NCBI GenBank assembly: GCA_046760505.1
Contig: JBHIEG010000010.1
Span: forward strand, 163 to 64,162
From: Candidatus Hydrothermarchaeota archaeon
Lineage (GTDB): Archaea > CAYFZR01
DNA: 64,000 nucleotides
Direction: 5' to 3'
Shown one piece after another: positions 46,227-55,589 of this stretch; positions within the stretch are counted from its first letter, which is position 1, and each line of letters starts with the position of its first letter. The translations under genes were made by a program, and so were the position numbers. The notes under the pieces were generated by a model, which saw only the letters and a program-made list of their open reading frames with translations, was not told the DNA's origin and ran no database searches.

Positions 46227-48829
46227 TGATTGAGTCTGTACAAGGCTTCGTTTTTCCAAATGAAATTGAGGTGCAGTGGAGTATACTTATCGCTTTGTAC
46301 CCTTATATAACCGGTCTGGTGGCTGGAGCATTTATTGTTTCATCGATTTATCATGTTTTTGGAAGAAAAGAGGTTAAACCCGTTGCTAAACTGGCTGTAC
46401 TAACCGCATACGCCTTTCTTTTAATTTGCGTTCAGCCCTTGCTCTTTCATCTCACACAGCCTTTAAGGGCTCCAGAAATATTCTTGACCCCAAATCCTAA
46501 CTCGGCCATGGCTGCGTTTGGCTATGTCTACCTGTCTTATCTCATAATTTTGACCCTAGAGATTTGGTTCATATTCAGAGAGGATATCGTGAGATTTGCA
46601 AAATCGAGCAGGGGGATAAAAAAACTGTTCTACTTTGTTCTGGCTTTAGGTATCACTGATATATCGAAGGAAGCCCTAGAGACCGATCATAAAATCACCA
46701 CCGTGCTCGCGGCGATAGGAATTCCATCTGCCTGCTTACTTCACGGATATGCTGGCTTCATATTTGGATCTATTAAAGCCAATCCTTGGTGGTCCACACC
46801 TCTAATGCCGATCATATTTTTACTCTCCGCTATAGTCTCAGGTATTGCGATGTTGATCCTAATCTACGTTATCGTATCAAAGATAAGGAGAACCACCATA
46901 GATAGAACCTGCATGAAATCGCTGGCAACTTACCTCTGGTACTTCTTGGTAATAGATCTAACCTTCGAGTCATTGGAAGTTCTATCAAAGATGTATGAAT
47001 CTGCTGAAGAATGGGGAATAATTTCACAACTGATCTCAAAGAAGATTGCATTCACCTTCATAGGAGTCCAAATGATCATGGGGGAGGTAATCCCCATAAT
47101 CGTGATCGGTTCTCTCCTACTCTTTAAGTTTGGGGAGAGAGTAAGGAATGCGGGCTTTTTCCTCTCCTCGCTGCTAGTTGTTATCGGAGTCTTTGCGATG
47201 CGATGGAACGTTGTAATCGGAGGTCAACTTTTCTCAAAAAGTTTAAGGGGCTTTACCACATATGCTCCAGAGTTCCTGAGCAGGGAAGGGATACTGCCCG
47301 CGATCTTTCTAATGACCTTGCCATTCGTGATACTTGCAGTATCGTTAATCATCCTGCCCCCCTGGGAAAGGGAAGAAAGGGAGAAAAAAGAATTAAAGGA
47401 AATATTCGGTGATAGGGTGAGTTTTGATGAGAATGAACTGATCCTTTACTCTCATGACGTAGGAACGCTCCCTGATGTAGTTCCGCTATTCATGCTGGAT
47501 ACCTTACCAGATGCTGTTGTACTTCCGGAAAACAAAGAAGAGTTAGTAAAACTTGTAAATCTTGCAAACGAGTTCAGAATTCCATTGATACCAAGAGGGT
47601 CAGCGACTGGTGGATACGGTGGAGCGCTTCCTGTTTATGGGGGCATAGTTGTAAACTTTTCTAAGATGGACAGGATAATAGAGATAAATAAAGAAGAAAA
47701 GACTGCTACAATAGAGCCAGGAGTAATTTGGGACCGGTTAGAAAAAGAACTGAATAAACAAGGCTTGCAACTAAAGCACTACCCATCGAGCGCTCCATCT
47801 GCTACGGTAGCAGGCTGGATAGCCCAAGGGGGGACTGGAATAGGCAGTTTAACCTATGGAAACGCTTCCACGATAGTAAAGGAGGCAGAATTGGTTACAC
47901 CGGACGGTAAGGTAGAGACGTTCAAGGGTAAGAACTTAGATCTCGTCTGCGAATGTGAAGGAATAACAGGATTCATAACGAAATTAAAAATTGAAGTAAA
48001 GGATTATGAAGAGATAATCCCAGTAACCGTATTGTTTAAAGATGCATCTTCCTTAGAATCAGCAATAAATCAGGTTGTTAGTTATGCAAAGCCCTATACC
48101 ATAGCATTCGGAACTCCTGGATACATAAAACTTAAACAGGAGGCAACAGGCCACAGACTCCTGCCGGAGGATAAATACTACGCGATATTTGCATACTACG
48201 AGTCTCAGTATGAGAAAGTAAAGGAAAAATTTGCTGAGATAATCCATTCTAATTCTGGAGAGATTGCAAGCGCTGAAGTCTCCAAAAAAGAATGGGAAGA
48301 GAGATTTTACCCTTTGAGAATAAAGAGGCTTGGTCCAAGCGTAATACCGAGTGAGGCATTGATTCCTAATGCGAGACTGAAAGATGTTTTGGAAGAAGTA
48401 GAAAAAGAGACAAAAGGAATGTACATCGGGGCAGAAGGACAGTTGGCAAGTGAAAAAGAATCTGCTTTACTGGTGTTTTTCTTGGAAGACGAACGTTCTT
48501 TCTTAAGATTTACTTTCGGATGGAACAACGCATTCAAAATAGTAGATATCGCGAGAAAATTCGGTGGAAGAGTGTATTCAACAGGAATATGGTTTTCAGG
48601 AGAATCAGAGAGTTACTTCGGAAAAGAAAGACTTGAAAAAATAAGGAAGTTCAAGAAAGAAAGAGATCCGAACGACATCATGAACCCTGGAAAGATATTT
48701 CCGCCTGAGATAAAGGCTTTTCCACTCATGCCCATCTCCAAGGGTATAGAACTCTCGAAACCTTTCATGTCGATAGGAAGCAAAATATTCCGATATCAAA
48801 GAGCCGAGGTAAGTTACACTGATCAATGA
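46226..48829 (+). CDS. NrfD/PsrC-type membrane subunit fused to a GlcD/D-lactate dehydrogenase-like FAD oxidoreductase
   Basis: aa 1-~378 multi-TM (YPYITGLVAG, LHGYAG, RWNVVIGGQ); aa ~385-830 PDAVV.P, PRG.ATG.YGG, PSSAPSATVAG, EGITG, DP..IMNPGK. Confidence 0.85.
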   Translation: MIESVQGFVFPNEIEVQWSILIALYPYITGLVAGAFIVSSIYHVFGRKEVKPVAKLAVLTAYAFLLICVQPLLFHLTQPLRAPEIFLTPNPNSAMAAFGYVYLSYLIILTLEIWFIFREDIVRFAKSSRGIKKLFYFVLALGITDISKEALETDHKITTVLAAIGIPSACLLHGYAGFIFGSIKANPWWSTPLMPIIFLLSAIVSGIAMLILIYVIVSKIRRTTIDRTCMKSLATYLWYFLVIDLTFESLEVLSKMYESAEEWGIISQLISKKIAFTFIGVQMIMGEVIPIIVIGSLLLFKFGERVRNAGFFLSSLLVVIGVFAMRWNVVIGGQLFSKSLRGFTTYAPEFLSREGILPAIFLMTLPFVILAVSLIILPPWEREEREKKELKEIFGDRVSFDENELILYSHDVGTLPDVVPLFMLDTLPDAVVLPENKEELVKLVNLANEFRIPLIPRGSATGGYGGALPVYGGIVVNFSKMDRIIEINKEEKTATIEPGVIWDRLEKELNKQGLQLKHYPSSAPSATVAGWIAQGGTGIGSLTYGNASTIVKEAELVTPDGKVETFKGKNLDLVCECEGITGFITKLKIEVKDYEEIIPVTVLFKDASSLESAINQVVSYAKPYTIAFGTPGYIKLKQEATGHRLLPEDKYYAIFAYYESQYEKVKEKFAEIIHSNSGEIASAEVSKKEWEERFYPLRIKRLGPSVIPSEALIPNARLKDVLEEVEKETKGMYIGAEGQLASEKESALLVFFLEDERSFLRFTFGWNNAFKIVDIARKFGGRVYSTGIWFSGESESYFGKERLEKIRKFKKERDPNDIMNPGKIFPPEIKAFPLMPISKGIELSKPFMSIGSKIFRYQRAEVSYTDQ

Positions 48830-49248
48830 AAAATGGAAAGGGTATTGTTATGGAAAAGGAAGTTTTAGATGTGGAAAAGTCAAAAGAAAAAATGAGAAAA
48901 TTGCTTAAAGATCCTGAAAAAGCAGATGAATTTATCAATCTACTAACTGAACACAGAAGAAAGAGATTCAAAGATTTTGAAGAATCCCTCCAAAGGGATC
49001 CTGTCCTCTTCGACGATTTCACCAAAGACCCTATCGAAACATTGGCCAGAGCGGGCTTGATTTGTGAGAACGATGAAGTAATCATAAAGTACCCCGGAGC
49101 AGTTGCACCTCGAATCGCGATGAAGACGATGAAATTTCCGGTTCCGGTCAAAATTAAGGTGAAGTGTCAGATATGCTGGAGAAAGATCTATCCTTATCCT
49201 TGCCATTATACCATCGAAATCCAGTGGCCAGCAATGGAACAAGATTAA
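48826..49248 (+). CDS. Hypothetical protein
   Basis: ATGA overlap with the preceding gene; DP..F..F..DP...L..AG motif; Cys/aromatic C-terminus. Confidence 0.55.
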   Translation: MKNGKGIVMEKEVLDVEKSKEKMRKLLKDPEKADEFINLLTEHRRKRFKDFEESLQRDPVLFDDFTKDPIETLARAGLICENDEVIIKYPGAVAPRIAMKTMKFPVPVKIKVKCQICWRKIYPYPCHYTIEIQWPAMEQD

Positions 49249-49751
49249 TCCATTCTTCTATTATCCTCTCCAGAACCAAAATCTCATTTTCTCAAGTACG
49301 ATTATCGCTGCAGCAATGCAAAATAAACCTATCAACAATGTAGTGATAACGCAGTCCATACGATCATCTGATTATACTATACAATTTGTTTTTAATATTT
49401 TCTTTGTTTATAATATTTTCTTAAGATTAATCATTAAAAATTATATTAGTAATAATTACTCAAATTATATTTAAGAAACTTTACAGGTAATCTAAAAATG
49501 CAGGAGTTAGGGCTAATCTAGGAAATCTAGAAGAGCATTACTATTATTATTTCCTATTTTGGCTCTTCTTTTTTCTTTTTCTTCTTGAAGATGCTAGACA
49601 ATTTTTCTTTGAGTTTCTCTATATCCATGATCCATCACTCTCGCGGCACTAATTTATATTTCTCCTTACTTTTATATATTTTGTTAGAATCCTATTTTCC
49701 ACCAACAATTATCATACAGCAAATTATCTTATGCAACAAAAATTGTCGTTT

Positions 49752-50882
49752 TTATTCCGTCCCTTCCAGCAATATTTCGGTTATGTATTTTACAGAAATG
49801 TCTTTTCCTCTTTTTTTAGCGGCATGTCCAAGATTAAAAGAGCAGAATGAACACGATGTGATCAATTCATCCGCAATTTCCTCTGCCTCATCCAGTCTAT
49901 CAACTGCCATATCCATAGAAAACTCTCGATAAACAGATCTCACGCCGGAATCTGCTCCACAGCAGAAGGATTTCTCCATACTTCTATGCATCTCTATCAA
50001 GTTAAAACTCTTTAAAAGCTCCCTCGGCTCTTTATATATGCCATGAACTCTACCAAGATGGCATGGATCGTGGTAAGCTATCTTTTTGTCAATTTTCTGG
50101 ATCTTTAGCTTCGATAAATTTTCGTAAAGCACTTCCAGAATATGCTTAACCTCCAAGTCCATTTCTCCAAGAATTTCAGGATAGTAAACTTTGAAAGCCT
50201 TGTAACATCCGGCGCAAATCACTATGATTCTTTTAATACCATATGATTTGAATCTTTCTACATTTTTGAAGTAAAATTCTTCTGTTAAGTCTATTTTACC
50301 AGAGTCAATAAAATAACTCCCGCAACAACCTTCATCTTCTAAAATAAGGGGTTTAATTCCGATTTTTTCTAATAACAGCATGGAAGATCTTGCAGCGTCC
50401 TTGGTTATGTAAGATGGTATACATCCTGCGAAAAATAAGGTATCCGAGTCTTCTTTTATCCTATCTTCTTTTATCCTGTAATCTCCTTCTATTTTATAAT
50501 CTGGAGGCAACCAGTCAAGTCTCTTTGATGGATCTCCCATCACTGAATTGCCTTTTTCCAGTATCCAGTCAATAATTTTCTTATGACCTTCTAGTGGAGC
50601 AAACCCCATCTTTACAAGTTCTATTCTCGCCTCGCCCACAATTTTTGATGTAGGCACCTCTTTTTCGCATACATGCTCGCAGGCGCCGCATCTAGGACAC
50701 TTGTACAGACTTTCGATTATCTCCTCTGTTATAGTTTCTCCATTTAAAATGCTTTCAGAAGCTTTTATCCTGTACATAGGGCTGAGAGTAAGATTCTTAG
50801 AGACAATATATGTGGGACAAGAGTTTAAACATACTCTACACTCATCACAAGACGTTATCTCCTCAATATAATCCTCTAACAT
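49752..50882 (-). CDS. GlcF/HdrD-like Fe-S protein with two CCG domains
   Basis: Two CxxCxxCxxxC, FFAGC, EGCCG, YHDPCHLGR, FCCGA. Confidence 0.9.
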   Translation of the reverse strand: MLEDYIEEITSCDECRVCLNSCPTYIVSKNLTLSPMYRIKASESILNGETITEEIIESLYKCPRCGACEHVCEKEVPTSKIVGEARIELVKMGFAPLEGHKKIIDWILEKGNSVMGDPSKRLDWLPPDYKIEGDYRIKEDRIKEDSDTLFFAGCIPSYITKDAARSSMLLLEKIGIKPLILEDEGCCGSYFIDSGKIDLTEEFYFKNVERFKSYGIKRIIVICAGCYKAFKVYYPEILGEMDLEVKHILEVLYENLSKLKIQKIDKKIAYHDPCHLGRVHGIYKEPRELLKSFNLIEMHRSMEKSFCCGADSGVRSVYREFSMDMAVDRLDEAEEIADELITSCSFCSFNLGHAAKKRGKDISVKYITEILLEGTE

Positions 50883-51034
50883 TTTTACACCAAATACATG
50901 GTGCTCTCCATTGTTTTTGAATCTTTTTGTCCTATTTCTCCCGGACATGTGCGGGACAAAATAAATAAAGAAGATGAAAATATGGGTGCATCCCGGTGCA
51001 TAAATTAAGGTGGATTACTCGAGGAGGTATAAGA

Positions 51035-51325
51035 TTGATTATAGCTGAGTTGAGCGTAGTGCCTCTAGGAACAACTTCTCCTAGCGTAAGTAAATACGTA
51101 AAAACTGCGCTAGAAGAGCTGAAAAGATCAGGAGTTAAATTTGAAGTGGGTGCGATGTCAACAACCATTGAGACAGAAAACTTGGAAACCTTGTTCTCTG
51201 TAGTAAAAATGGCTCATGAAGCAGTTTTCACTGCTGGCGCAAAAAGAGTCGTAACAACCTTAAAAATAGACGATCGCAGAGACAAAGATGCTTCTATAAT
51301 CTCCAAATTAGAGGCTCTTAAATGA
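51035..51325 (+). CDS. MTH1187/thiamine-binding protein family
   Basis: ELSVVPLG...SVS.YV, M.T.IE, RV...LKIDDRRD. Confidence 0.9.
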   Translation: MIIAELSVVPLGTTSPSVSKYVKTALEELKRSGVKFEVGAMSTTIETENLETLFSVVKMAHEAVFTAGAKRVVTTLKIDDRRDKDASIISKLEALK

Positions 51326-52005
51326 GCAAACTATTTGATGGAGTCGCTGAAAGGTACGATCTCTGGTATGAGAGCCCCATAGGTAGTTATGCACTTGAAC
51401 TAGAGAAAGAGATGATTTTAAGATTTTCTGAGCCGAAAAGAGGAGAAAAAATACTGGATATCGGTTGTGGAACGGGAGTTTTCGCTTCTTCCTTTGCAAA
51501 ATTGGGATTAGATGTAACATGTCTTGATATCTCAGAAAAAATGTTGAATGTCGCTAAAACTAAAAGGATAAAAGGGATAAGATTCATTTTAGGCGATGTA
51601 AACAGACTTCCATTCGAAGATGAAACCTTTGACATTGTCATTGCGGTAACCACATTAGAATTCTTGGAAGATCCTGGAAAAGGAATCCGAGAAATGAGGC
51701 GCGTTCTCAAAAAGGATGGAAGAATAGTTTTAGGCATACTAAACAAATGGAGCCTATGGACACTAGAAAGAAAGATCAGGTCTTTTTTCGAAGAATCGGT
51801 ATTTAAATCTGCCAGATTTTACAGTGTTTACGAGGTGAAATCGTTTTTTGGAGACATGAAATTCAATTGGGGCTCAACATTATTCATGCCTCCAAATACT
51901 CCGAATTTTATTCTAAAGCATACGAAAAACTTGGAAGAAATTTTATCCAAATCTATTTTAAAGATCTTCGGCGGCTTTATAGTTATAAAAGCCAGTTTTA
52001 GTTAA
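51322..52005 (+). CDS. Class I SAM-dependent methyltransferase
   Basis: YD.WY, ILDIGCGTG, LPF.D..FD. Confidence 0.88.
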   Translation: MSKLFDGVAERYDLWYESPIGSYALELEKEMILRFSEPKRGEKILDIGCGTGVFASSFAKLGLDVTCLDISEKMLNVAKTKRIKGIRFILGDVNRLPFEDETFDIVIAVTTLEFLEDPGKGIREMRRVLKKDGRIVLGILNKWSLWTLERKIRSFFEESVFKSARFYSVYEVKSFFGDMKFNWGSTLFMPPNTPNFILKHTKNLEEILSKSILKIFGGFIVIKASFS

Positions 52006-52080
52006 AATGGATTTAATACTCTTTCAATTTCTCGTCCCTTCTGATTTTTAGATTCTACCTCCAACAATATTTATATATTT

Positions 52081-52094
52081 TGAATATATATTCA
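52081..52094. promoter_or_regulatory. Perfect 14-bp palindrome, probable operator of the DUF134 gene
   Basis: TGAATATATATTCA between a TATA-like TTATATA and ATG 52100. Confidence 0.55.
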
Positions 52095-52099
52095 TAACT

Positions 52100-52570
52100 A
52101 TGGTACGTCCTAAGAAGTGTAGAGAGATATGGCTGAAGCCAGAGCGTATGTACTACAAGCCTAGGGGAATTCCTGCTAGGGAACTAGAAGAAATCAACCT
52201 AACCTTTGACGAACTCGAGGCAATGAGGTTGAGATACCTTAAGAAACTGCAACAAGAAGATGCTGCCAAAGAAATGAACATCTCGCAACCAACATTTCAC
52301 AGAACTTTAGAGAGGGCATGGACCAAAATAACAGATGCTCTGGTAAACGGAAAGGCAATAAATATTGATGGAGGTAATTATTTGATTAGAAAAGGAGAAA
52401 GAAGATTTTTATGCTTTGAATGTCAGCACGAGTGGGAGGAAGTGTTTGGAACTGGAAGGCCTTTTAAGTGCCCAAAGTGTAGTAGCTCGAGTATCCATAG
52501 GCATCCTGAAGACAGAGGATATGCAAGAAGACGAGGTAGAGGTCCGAGAGGGCCTAGATTTGACCGGTAA
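52100..52570 (+). CDS. DUF134 HTH protein with C-terminal Zn ribbon
   Basis: RP.K.R, ELEAMRL, Q..AA..M.ISQPTF.R, CFEC...CPKC. Confidence 0.9.
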   Translation: MVRPKKCREIWLKPERMYYKPRGIPARELEEINLTFDELEAMRLRYLKKLQQEDAAKEMNISQPTFHRTLERAWTKITDALVNGKAINIDGGNYLIRKGERRFLCFECQHEWEEVFGTGRPFKCPKCSSSSIHRHPEDRGYARRRGRGPRGPRFDR

Positions 52571-52619
52571 GGATCAAAGTTACATAAAAAACTTTAAGTT
52601 TTCACGGCTTAACCTTGTT

Positions 52620-53077
52620 ATGAAAGAAAAGAAGAGTTTGAAGAGGCTTATAATGAGTTTTTAATCTCAAAATGGTTTTTAGATCCCTTAAATGGACTGA
52701 AATCAGTTGTTGACAGGTTTTTTAAAGATTATAAAGCAAGAGAAGGAATCGTTAGAGAATACACAAGAGATAATTACAGATACGCTGTTTTCTTTTCTCT
52801 GATAGATGATGTTGGTAATGATTTACCTGCTCATCTAGAATTCGCCTCAGATTATAGCGGAGAGTACGTCATAATTACTCCTACTGAAAGAACGCCTGCT
52901 CCCTTTATAAAATTCTTCAAAGAACGCTCTGATAGACTCAAGGCTGCAAACATAAAGATATGGGTCGTTGACGTCGATAGAAAATCTATCGATCCTTTCA
53001 TAGGTTATCCTAAAGATTTTAGACTTCTCAGGGGTTTCAAAAATCCAAAGCTAGCAAGCATTATAGGTTCCCTTTAG
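52620..53077 (+). pseudogene. Frameshifted ~150-codon hypothetical gene (not in the ORF track)
   Basis: Open frame 52613-53077 (ERKEEFEEAYNEFL...DPFIGYPKDFRLLRGFKNPKLASIIGSL*) has no in-frame ATG/GTG/TTG near its start; ATG 52620 is one base out of frame. Confidence 0.55.
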
Positions 53078-53170
53078 AGATGAACGTTAAGCCAAAAAAT
53101 TGATTTACTTGTTAATGAGACGCTCATCCGCTACGTCAACTTTTTTAACATTAGAAAATTTAAGAAATCC

Positions 53171-53452
53171 ATGGACGAAGAATTGCTGAAGATAAAAGCC
53201 ATGATCACCAGGTGGTATGAGACCTATAGAAAAATGGAGCCTAGCGAAACGACCATCTATATGTTTATAGACGCAATACAAAGAGTTGTTGAAATATATC
53301 TTCCTGATTTGTATCGGACAAAGTCCATAAGCCCAGAAGATTATTCAGAATTGATGTCTTACTGCGAAGATTTATTGGAAAGACTTAAGAAAGAGTTTGG
53401 TCTTCAAGACACTACATTGATATGGGATCCAAGGGGCGTTGCACCGATATAA
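53171..53452 (+). CDS. Hypothetical protein
   Basis: 93-aa helical ORF; no family recognised. Confidence 0.6.
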   Translation: MDEELLKIKAMITRWYETYRKMEPSETTIYMFIDAIQRVVEIYLPDLYRTKSISPEDYSELMSYCEDLLERLKKEFGLQDTTLIWDPRGVAPI

Positions 53453-53518
53453 CCTAGAATAACTAGATTTCCATGTTATTAGCTTTTCATATGAATCCTT
53501 AAAACTTTCAAAAATATA

Positions 53519-54373
53519 TTACAGAATGCCCTCTCTCACAAATTCGTTTATTATTGGTATGTAGTCTTTCCTGAGTTTATAAACTTCTCCTTCGGTGTTA
53601 TCTTTCTCGACAAAGTTTTTAGATATAAGTGCCTCCAAATCATACTTCACATCGCTCTTGCTCAACAAAGCCTTTTCACTGATTTTATTCATATCCAGAG
53701 ACTCGTATTCAAAGAGTGCGCGTATCATCCTTTTTTGGGTGTCAGAAAGTGTAATAAAAGTCTTAAATCTTTCTTTTGCGGAAAGTTCTCCTTCCCTGTA
53801 GCTCTTGTAAATTTCCGCATCTTTTTTCCCTAGTTCGTTTTTTAGATCTTCTATAATCTTGTCGTATCTTTTTTCCAGTTGTTCGAGTTTATTTTTATAT
53901 TCGTTCTCTATCTTCTCTACTTCCTTCATTATTGATACATTAATTTGATCCTTAATCTCAGCGAGTTCGTTTTCCAGTGTCAGTTTTTCGGTCTTCAGTT
54001 CTTGATTTAAAATTTCTGCTTCATTCAATTTATTTTTTAATAATGAAACTTCTTCTTCTAACTTTTTATTCAGTTCTTTAAGATCTAATAACTCGTCTCT
54101 AACTTTAATGTTTTCTATGAGTTTTTCAACTTTATCTTCGTATGAAGATAAAATTTTTTCTATTTTTTCCTCGTAAACAGAGATTTTCTCCTTCAATTTT
54201 AACTCTTCTTTCTCAAAATCCTCCAATTTATTCTGTAGTTCAACCTTTTCTTTTTGTAAGTCTCCTATAGTTTTGTATACCTGATCTAATTCTTCTTGTA
54301 AATCTTTTTTTCTTTTTTCAAGTTCTTCTATCTTTTCATTCAGTTTTTCAACCTCATTTTTATTACCGAACAT
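53519..54373 (-). CDS. Long coiled-coil protein with C-terminal winged helix
   Basis: About 200 aa of E/K/L heptads, then LSDTQKRMIRAL...ISEK..LSKSDV...LEALISKNFV......YKL. Confidence 0.75.
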   Translation of the reverse strand: MFGNKNEVEKLNEKIEELEKRKKDLQEELDQVYKTIGDLQKEKVELQNKLEDFEKEELKLKEKISVYEEKIEKILSSYEDKVEKLIENIKVRDELLDLKELNKKLEEEVSLLKNKLNEAEILNQELKTEKLTLENELAEIKDQINVSIMKEVEKIENEYKNKLEQLEKRYDKIIEDLKNELGKKDAEIYKSYREGELSAKERFKTFITLSDTQKRMIRALFEYESLDMNKISEKALLSKSDVKYDLEALISKNFVEKDNTEGEVYKLRKDYIPIINEFVREGIL

Positions 54374-54377
54374 AAAA

Positions 54378-55463
54378 TCACGTGTAAAAAGATTCTAGCT
54401 CTTCTCCATCTCTTAGTAGATCATACAAACTTTTTTCTGCTTCTATTACAGCTGCTTTTAAGTCTGCCGCGGCATTTTTTGCATACATCATAATTTCATC
54501 TATCCTTGGGGACCTGTAAACGCCGCTCAATAGGGCGAGAATCTCAACTTGATCTGCGTTTGGCTTCGGGTAGATTCCTCTAAATACCTGATGACCCTTT
54601 ATCGTTTCCTTGAGAAACTCTAGTCCCTCAAATATCTCACTTGCTGCGAGACACTTCATGGGTCCGCTTATAGCAACTATGGCCTTCAGTGCTGTCTTAA
54701 CGTCTATATCCAGATATAAACCTTCATCAGGCTTTATTGCTTTCTCTATCAGAGGAGTTATTGAGTTTACGCTTTTTACCGGTTCATTTACATAGCCTAT
54801 TGTTGCTATTCCTCCAAAACCGCTTAAAGTTGCTTTTACATCGTTTCCGTCTATTATCTGTTCTCCCGACATCGTCGTAAATCTGACCAACGTGTTGATC
54901 CTGCTCACTATGGCCCTGTTTATGTTTTCATAGGCGGTTGAGATATCTTCATCAGCCGATCTTAACCTCTCATTATCTATCAGAATTAATGCATCCACTG
55001 CCTTGTTCATTCCTGACAAGCCTATGGCTGAATTTATTATGGCTTGGTCTCCCTCAATCGCTAGTGGAAGAACGCCAATTCCCACAACCAAACTTTCTGG
55101 AAATTCTTCTTTTATTTTTTGGGCTATGATTGGGGCTCCTCCAGATCCTGTGCCCCCTCCCAACCCTGCTGATACAAAGTATATGTCAATATCTTGGGAT
55201 CCGATTTCTTTAATCTTTTTGTAGACATCCTGGATATCCGAGTTCGCCGCATCTCTACCTTTCAGCGGATTAGCACCGACGCCTCTACCTCTCGTTATTG
55301 ATTTACCTATCAACACCCTATTTTCCGAGGGAATGAAATTTAGCCATGAAAGATCTTGTCTGGCCGTATTAATTGCCAGAGCGCTGTAACCGCTGCTGCT
55401 GAACACGTCGGCAATTTTTGTACCGCAATGACCGACCCCGACCACTACTATTTTCAATACCAA
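54378..55463 (-). CDS. Tubulin/FtsZ-superfamily protein, CetZ/FtsZ3-like
   Basis: GVGHCGTKIAD, NTARQDL, GRGVGAN, AGLGGGTGSG, DNE, T7 loop IIDGNDV (not FtsZ NLDFAD). Confidence 0.85.
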   Translation of the reverse strand: MVLKIVVVGVGHCGTKIADVFSSSGYSALAINTARQDLSWLNFIPSENRVLIGKSITRGRGVGANPLKGRDAANSDIQDVYKKIKEIGSQDIDIYFVSAGLGGGTGSGGAPIIAQKIKEEFPESLVVGIGVLPLAIEGDQAIINSAIGLSGMNKAVDALILIDNERLRSADEDISTAYENINRAIVSRINTLVRFTTMSGEQIIDGNDVKATLSGFGGIATIGYVNEPVKSVNSITPLIEKAIKPDEGLYLDIDVKTALKAIVAISGPMKCLAASEIFEGLEFLKETIKGHQVFRGIYPKPNADQVEILALLSGVYRSPRIDEIMMYAKNAAADLKAAVIEAEKSLYDLLRDGEELESFYT

Positions 55464-55504
55464 TACCTCCAGTCTGGTAATTTCTTTTTTTTTGTATAAA
55501 TTTC

Positions 55505-55567
55505 TTTGTCAGACAAAATTAGCCCAAATATCACAAAATTTATCAAAAACCATAAATATGTCTGACA
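55505..55567. promoter_or_regulatory. Divergent promoter with two TGTCWGACA boxes
   Basis: TTTGTCAGACAAA 55505-55517; TGTCTGACA 55559-55567. Confidence 0.6.
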
Positions 55568-55589
55568 ACACCCTTAACTAAAAGGACAA

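Noticed and set aside
49249-49751. Long AT-rich gap and the 115-aa ORF at 49585
   Set aside because: No convincing structure, repeat or coding signal; the ORF overlaps the CCG gene antisense
29592-50480. Short tandem duplications (GTAGAGTCAGA twice near 29592; TCTTTTATCCT twice near 50452)
   Set aside because: In-frame 12- and 15-bp slippage duplications in linker regions (VESD/VESE, RIKED twice); no wider pattern
53075-53083. Pyrrolysine/selenocysteine read-through at TAG/TGA
   Set aside because: No pyl/sel genes or SECIS seen, and two stops lie close together; decay or a true terminus is simpler
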